64,000 nt of DNA from a virus. Its lineage: Duplodnaviria > Caudoviricetes. The position numbers and the translations under genes were made by a program. Shown here piece after piece: positions 61,140 through 64,000 of this stretch. Numbering within the stretch: the stretch's first letter is position 1; every line of letters begins with the position of its first letter. The notes under the pieces were generated by a model. That model was not told the origin of the DNA. It made no database searches and saw only the letters and a list, made by a program, of their open reading frames with translations. The stretch covers positions 1 to 64,000 of IMG/VR virus record IMGVR_UViG_2897081166_000001. The stretch is one strand, 5' to 3'.

Positions 61140-61217
61140 CCCAATCTGATCACTTCGCCCACCAGGCGACCCACCCGCAGATAACCTCCGAACGCACACA
61201 CCATCCCTGGGGGGACC

Positions 61218-61730
61218 ATGAGTACCGAAACACCGCCGCCAGCCGAACCACCCGCTGCTCCCGAAGCGCCGCCCATGCCCGCCGAACCCCCGGCCGCGGC
61301 ACCGAAGAAGCGGCCCTCACCGCTCCTCGCCGGAATCCTCGGCCTGGCCGTAGGCGCCGGCGCGGTCGGTGCAACCTGGGCGATCACCGCAAACCAGGAG
61401 CCGCCCGCACCAGCCACGTTCACCCTCACCGGCGCCTTCGCCCTGACCGAGGGCGCAACCAGAGACGGCGACGGTTGCATCGGCACCGAGGGCTACGACG
61501 ACATCGCTGAAGGAACGTCCGTCACCGTGTACGACGGGGCTGGGAAAGTGGCCGCCACTGGGAATCTCGGCAAGTCCAAGTACGCGGCGGGTGCCTGCGC
61601 TTTCGAGGTCAGCGTTCCGGACGTACCCAAGGGGGAGAAGTTCTACCAGGTCGAGGTGTCCCACCGTGGGAAGGTTCAGCTGTCCGGAGAGGAAGCTGAA
61701 GCCGGAGAGATGTCCGTGACGCTCGGCTGA
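61218..61730 (+). CDS. Membrane-anchored protein
   Basis: Pro-rich N-terminus, TM, C.G.EGYDDI..GT.VTV. Confidence 0.7.
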   Translation: MSTETPPPAEPPAAPEAPPMPAEPPAAAPKKRPSPLLAGILGLAVGAGAVGATWAITANQEPPAPATFTLTGAFALTEGATRDGDGCIGTEGYDDIAEGTSVTVYDGAGKVAATGNLGKSKYAAGACAFEVSVPDVPKGEKFYQVEVSHRGKVQLSGEEAEAGEMSVTLG

Positions 61731-61734
61731 GGGT

Positions 61735-61917
61735 TCACCGCACGACAAGGCCCCGGACTGTTTGGTCCGGGGCCTTTCGCGTAGCGCGGGCGATCCATGC
61801 CCCGCCGAGCCGGTCGGTGGGCGGCAGGGTCACCTCGACGTGCAGCAGCCGGCGCAGGTCGTCCAGCGCCTGCTGGCATTCCTGCTGGGTGCGGCCGTGG
61901 ACCGTGAACCTCGCCAT
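61735..61917 (-). CDS. Small hypothetical protein
   Basis: Leaderless-like start CAGAAT-N-ATG; overlaps the hairpin at 61748-61776. Confidence 0.5.
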   Translation of the reverse strand: MARFTVHGRTQQECQQALDDLRRLLHVEVTLPPTDRLGGAWIARATRKAPDQTVRGLVVR

Positions 61918-62015
61918 GGGGGCATTCTGCCGGGGGAGTGTCGGCGGTGGGGTGGAAACCGGCTACGAGGACCCGTTCGCCGATACCCTGACCCTGTCGA
62001 CACCAAGGGGGGCTC

Positions 62016-62480
62016 GTGGACTACAGAGTGCGTTGCTACGTCCCAGGGAAACCGCCCCGCGAGTGGCACTACCCCACACGTCTCCAGGCAGAGAAGCAAC
62101 GCGACGGCATCCTCCGAACCGCCCGCCAAGAGGGCGCCCCTGTCGCCGTCATCCTCCGGCCCCCGAGCGGCAAGTCGGAACGAACAGCCGTCGAGGCCGG
62201 CCCACCCCGGTTTCAGCTCTCCCCGTCGATCGTCGCGAGACGCGAGGCAGGGGCGGTAGCGCAACGCCAACAACAGCGGGAAGCCGAACAAGCCGCAGCA
62301 GCCGCCGCGGCTGCTGCGCCGCCACCCGAGCCGACCATTCCCGGGTGGCAGATCGCCTTGTTCTTCCTGATGGCGTTGATCGGGGCCATGCCGCGACGCA
62401 GCCACCGCGGTACGGCGCACATCTTCTCGGGCAGGACGTGGGGGAGCGGCGGGGGCGGCGACTTCGGCGGCGACCTGTAG
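62016..62480 (+). CDS. Hypothetical membrane protein
   Basis: TM near the C-terminus; Gly-rich tail. Confidence 0.55.
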   Translation: MDYRVRCYVPGKPPREWHYPTRLQAEKQRDGILRTARQEGAPVAVILRPPSGKSERTAVEAGPPRFQLSPSIVARREAGAVAQRQQQREAEQAAAAAAAAAPPPEPTIPGWQIALFFLMALIGAMPRRSHRGTAHIFSGRTWGSGGGGDFGGDL

Positions 62481-62520
62481 TCGAGGTCGCCGCACTGGCA
62501 CGGGCCGCAGTGACAGTCGG

Positions 62521-62817
62521 CTAGTCGTGCGGGTAGTCGTTGTGCTCGAGGTAGGGGGCGGCGAGGAGCCGCAGCTGGTACTCGGCAGTCCGGCCAGCCG
62601 CCCCGCCCGCGCCCAGGTGCGGGATCACGGTGTCCTCCAGCAGTGTCAGGTGCACCTCCGCGGTGGCAACGGAGAACCGGGCGTGCTTCGCGGCGTCCTC
62701 GGGGTCGACACCGAACCGTTCGGGATCCTGGGTCACTGTGCCGCTCGCGAACCGGGCCTTCTCCAACTCCTCGGCGAACCGGGTGCGGAGGAAGGCCACC
62801 AGCCGGTCGTTGATCAT
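62521..62817 (-). CDS. Short DUF6221-like protein
   Basis: LVAFLRTRFAEE...LRLLAAPY..H.DY. Confidence 0.65.
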   Translation of the reverse strand: MINDRLVAFLRTRFAEELEKARFASGTVTQDPERFGVDPEDAAKHARFSVATAEVHLTLLEDTVIPHLGAGGAAGRTAEYQLRLLAAPYLEHNDYPHD

Positions 62818-63233
62818 GGCGTCCACTCCGGGAGGTAGTCCTGGTGATCGGCGTACACGGCTGCTTCGGCCAGCAGTACACGTCGCAGAACCTGATACTC
62901 GACCTTGGCTTCTTGGTAGCCAGTGGTGTCCGCGTTCCGCATCGCCTGGTCCATCCGATCTGCCGCGCTCTCGTACAGGTCGACGAGCTGACGCTTCGCT
63001 TTCACCTCTCTCAGCGCGCGTGCGGGATCTTGAAGCGCAACGTGCTCCATCTCGGCAGTGTTGAGCCCGCATTCCTCGGTCAGATGGATGGTTCCCAGGT
63101 CGATGAACGCTCCGTCGGCTGTGGTGCTGAACCTCCATTCGGGGGTCGCCCATGAAGCCGCAGAAGGTGCCGTAGCCGTTCGCTCGTCATCGTCCAGTCG
63201 CGCAGTTACGAACGATGGCAAGAGGCCGCTCAT
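62814..63233 (-). CDS. DUF6221-like protein
   Basis: FVTARLDDDE...DPARALREVKAKR...YADHQDY.PEW. Confidence 0.75.
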   Translation of the reverse strand: MSGLLPSFVTARLDDDERTATAPSAASWATPEWRFSTTADGAFIDLGTIHLTEECGLNTAEMEHVALQDPARALREVKAKRQLVDLYESAADRMDQAMRNADTTGYQEAKVEYQVLRRVLLAEAAVYADHQDYLPEWTP

Positions 63234-63520
63234 GCGGGCTCCTCGCTCTGGGCTTTGCGGAGCCGTTCGGCCCGCTCCTTGTAGCGGTCATCTGCTTCGA
63301 TGCCAGCTTCCCTTGCCATCTTCCTCACGTGAGCCCCGGTCCAACCGGACTTCTTGGCGACCTCGGTGGGCTTGTGGGTTCCGGCCCGGAGGGCGGCGAG
63401 GACGAGTTCCTTGAGTTCGTCGCTGGACTTCTTGAGCCGGTCTGCGTCGCGGAGTCGGCGTGTGCCGGCTGCGGCGATGTCCTCCAAGGTCGGGGACTCG
63501 GGGGGTGGGGTCGGATTCAT
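63230..63520 (-). CDS. Small coiled-coil plus HTH regulator (paralog C)
   Basis: ALRAGTHKPTEVAKKSGWTGAHVRKMAR; TAGATT-N6-ATG. Confidence 0.75.
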   Translation of the reverse strand: MNPTPPPESPTLEDIAAAGTRRLRDADRLKKSSDELKELVLAALRAGTHKPTEVAKKSGWTGAHVRKMAREAGIEADDRYKERAERLRKAQSEEPA

Positions 63521-63650
63521 GGCACCAATCTATCGCAACCCACTTGCGGTGGCCATGCCTCAGGCGTACTGTCTGAGTCATCGTCAGCGCAACACATGAT
63601 CGCTAGTGAGGCGCGATGGCGGAACGACAGGAACCACCCGAGGGGGACCC

Positions 63651-64000
63651 GTGAACATCAGCCGCCGTATCGCCCGCATCCACCAGGCCGCCCGCCACAT
63701 GGCGAAGGACCTCCGCTACCGGTGCCTCTCCGGCCTCATCGCCGCCGCCATCGACGCCGGCACTCTCATCCGCACCGGCGACATGCTGGAGCGGCTCGGC
63801 GCCGACGACCTCAAGGACGGGTACAAGTCCTGGTACGGCCGCCACGTCAAGAAGGCGTACATCGCCGCGAACGGCCACCCGCCGGTCATGGTGTGGGCGC
63901 AGCACCGCACCACCGGCCGGTGGATCCACGTCGCCGCCTACAGCCCCCTCGACCGGGCCCTGTTCGTCGCCCTCGCCTCGTACAAGCAGACCCGGCACCT
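63651..64000 (+). CDS. Hypothetical protein (3' truncated by window)
   Basis: GAGGGG RBS, GTG start, open frame to the window end. Confidence 0.6.
   Translation, partial: MNISRRIARIHQAARHMAKDLRYRCLSGLIAAAIDAGTLIRTGDMLERLGADDLKDGYKSWYGRHVKKAYIAANGHPPVMVWAQHRTTGRWIHVAAYSPLDRALFVALASYKQTRH

Overview
This high-GC window reads as one temperate siphophage of Streptomyces or a close actinomycete; no host chromosomal genes were recognised. From left to right it holds: the end of the tail module (tape measure with M23 and transglycosylase domains, distal and minor tail proteins, a GDPD-domain tail enzyme); an inverted operon of about 14 small genes; the lysis cassette; a second GDPD paralog; an accessory region (lipoprotein, PIN protein, serine resolvase, ATP-dependent ligase, XRE and GntR regulators); an apparently intact attP carrying the 3' end of an acyl-CoA dehydrogenase gene; tyrosine integrase and a cI/cro switch; and early genes (RecE/RecT-like, DEDDh exonuclease, WhiB, two C5 methyltransferases, initiator, DnaC-like loader, DnaB). 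The most striking part is 51.7-61.1 kb, a Streptomyces plasmid/AICE-type conjugation module inside the phage. It encodes two Nudix proteins, RapZ-C, an Spd-like membrane protein, a TraA-like protein and an FtsK-type TraB. After traB come a clt-like repeat locus and two proteins sharing TraB's C-terminal winged helix, one of them fused to a GIY-YIG/T5orf172-like nuclease. All product calls come from motif recognition by eye; no database searches were run.
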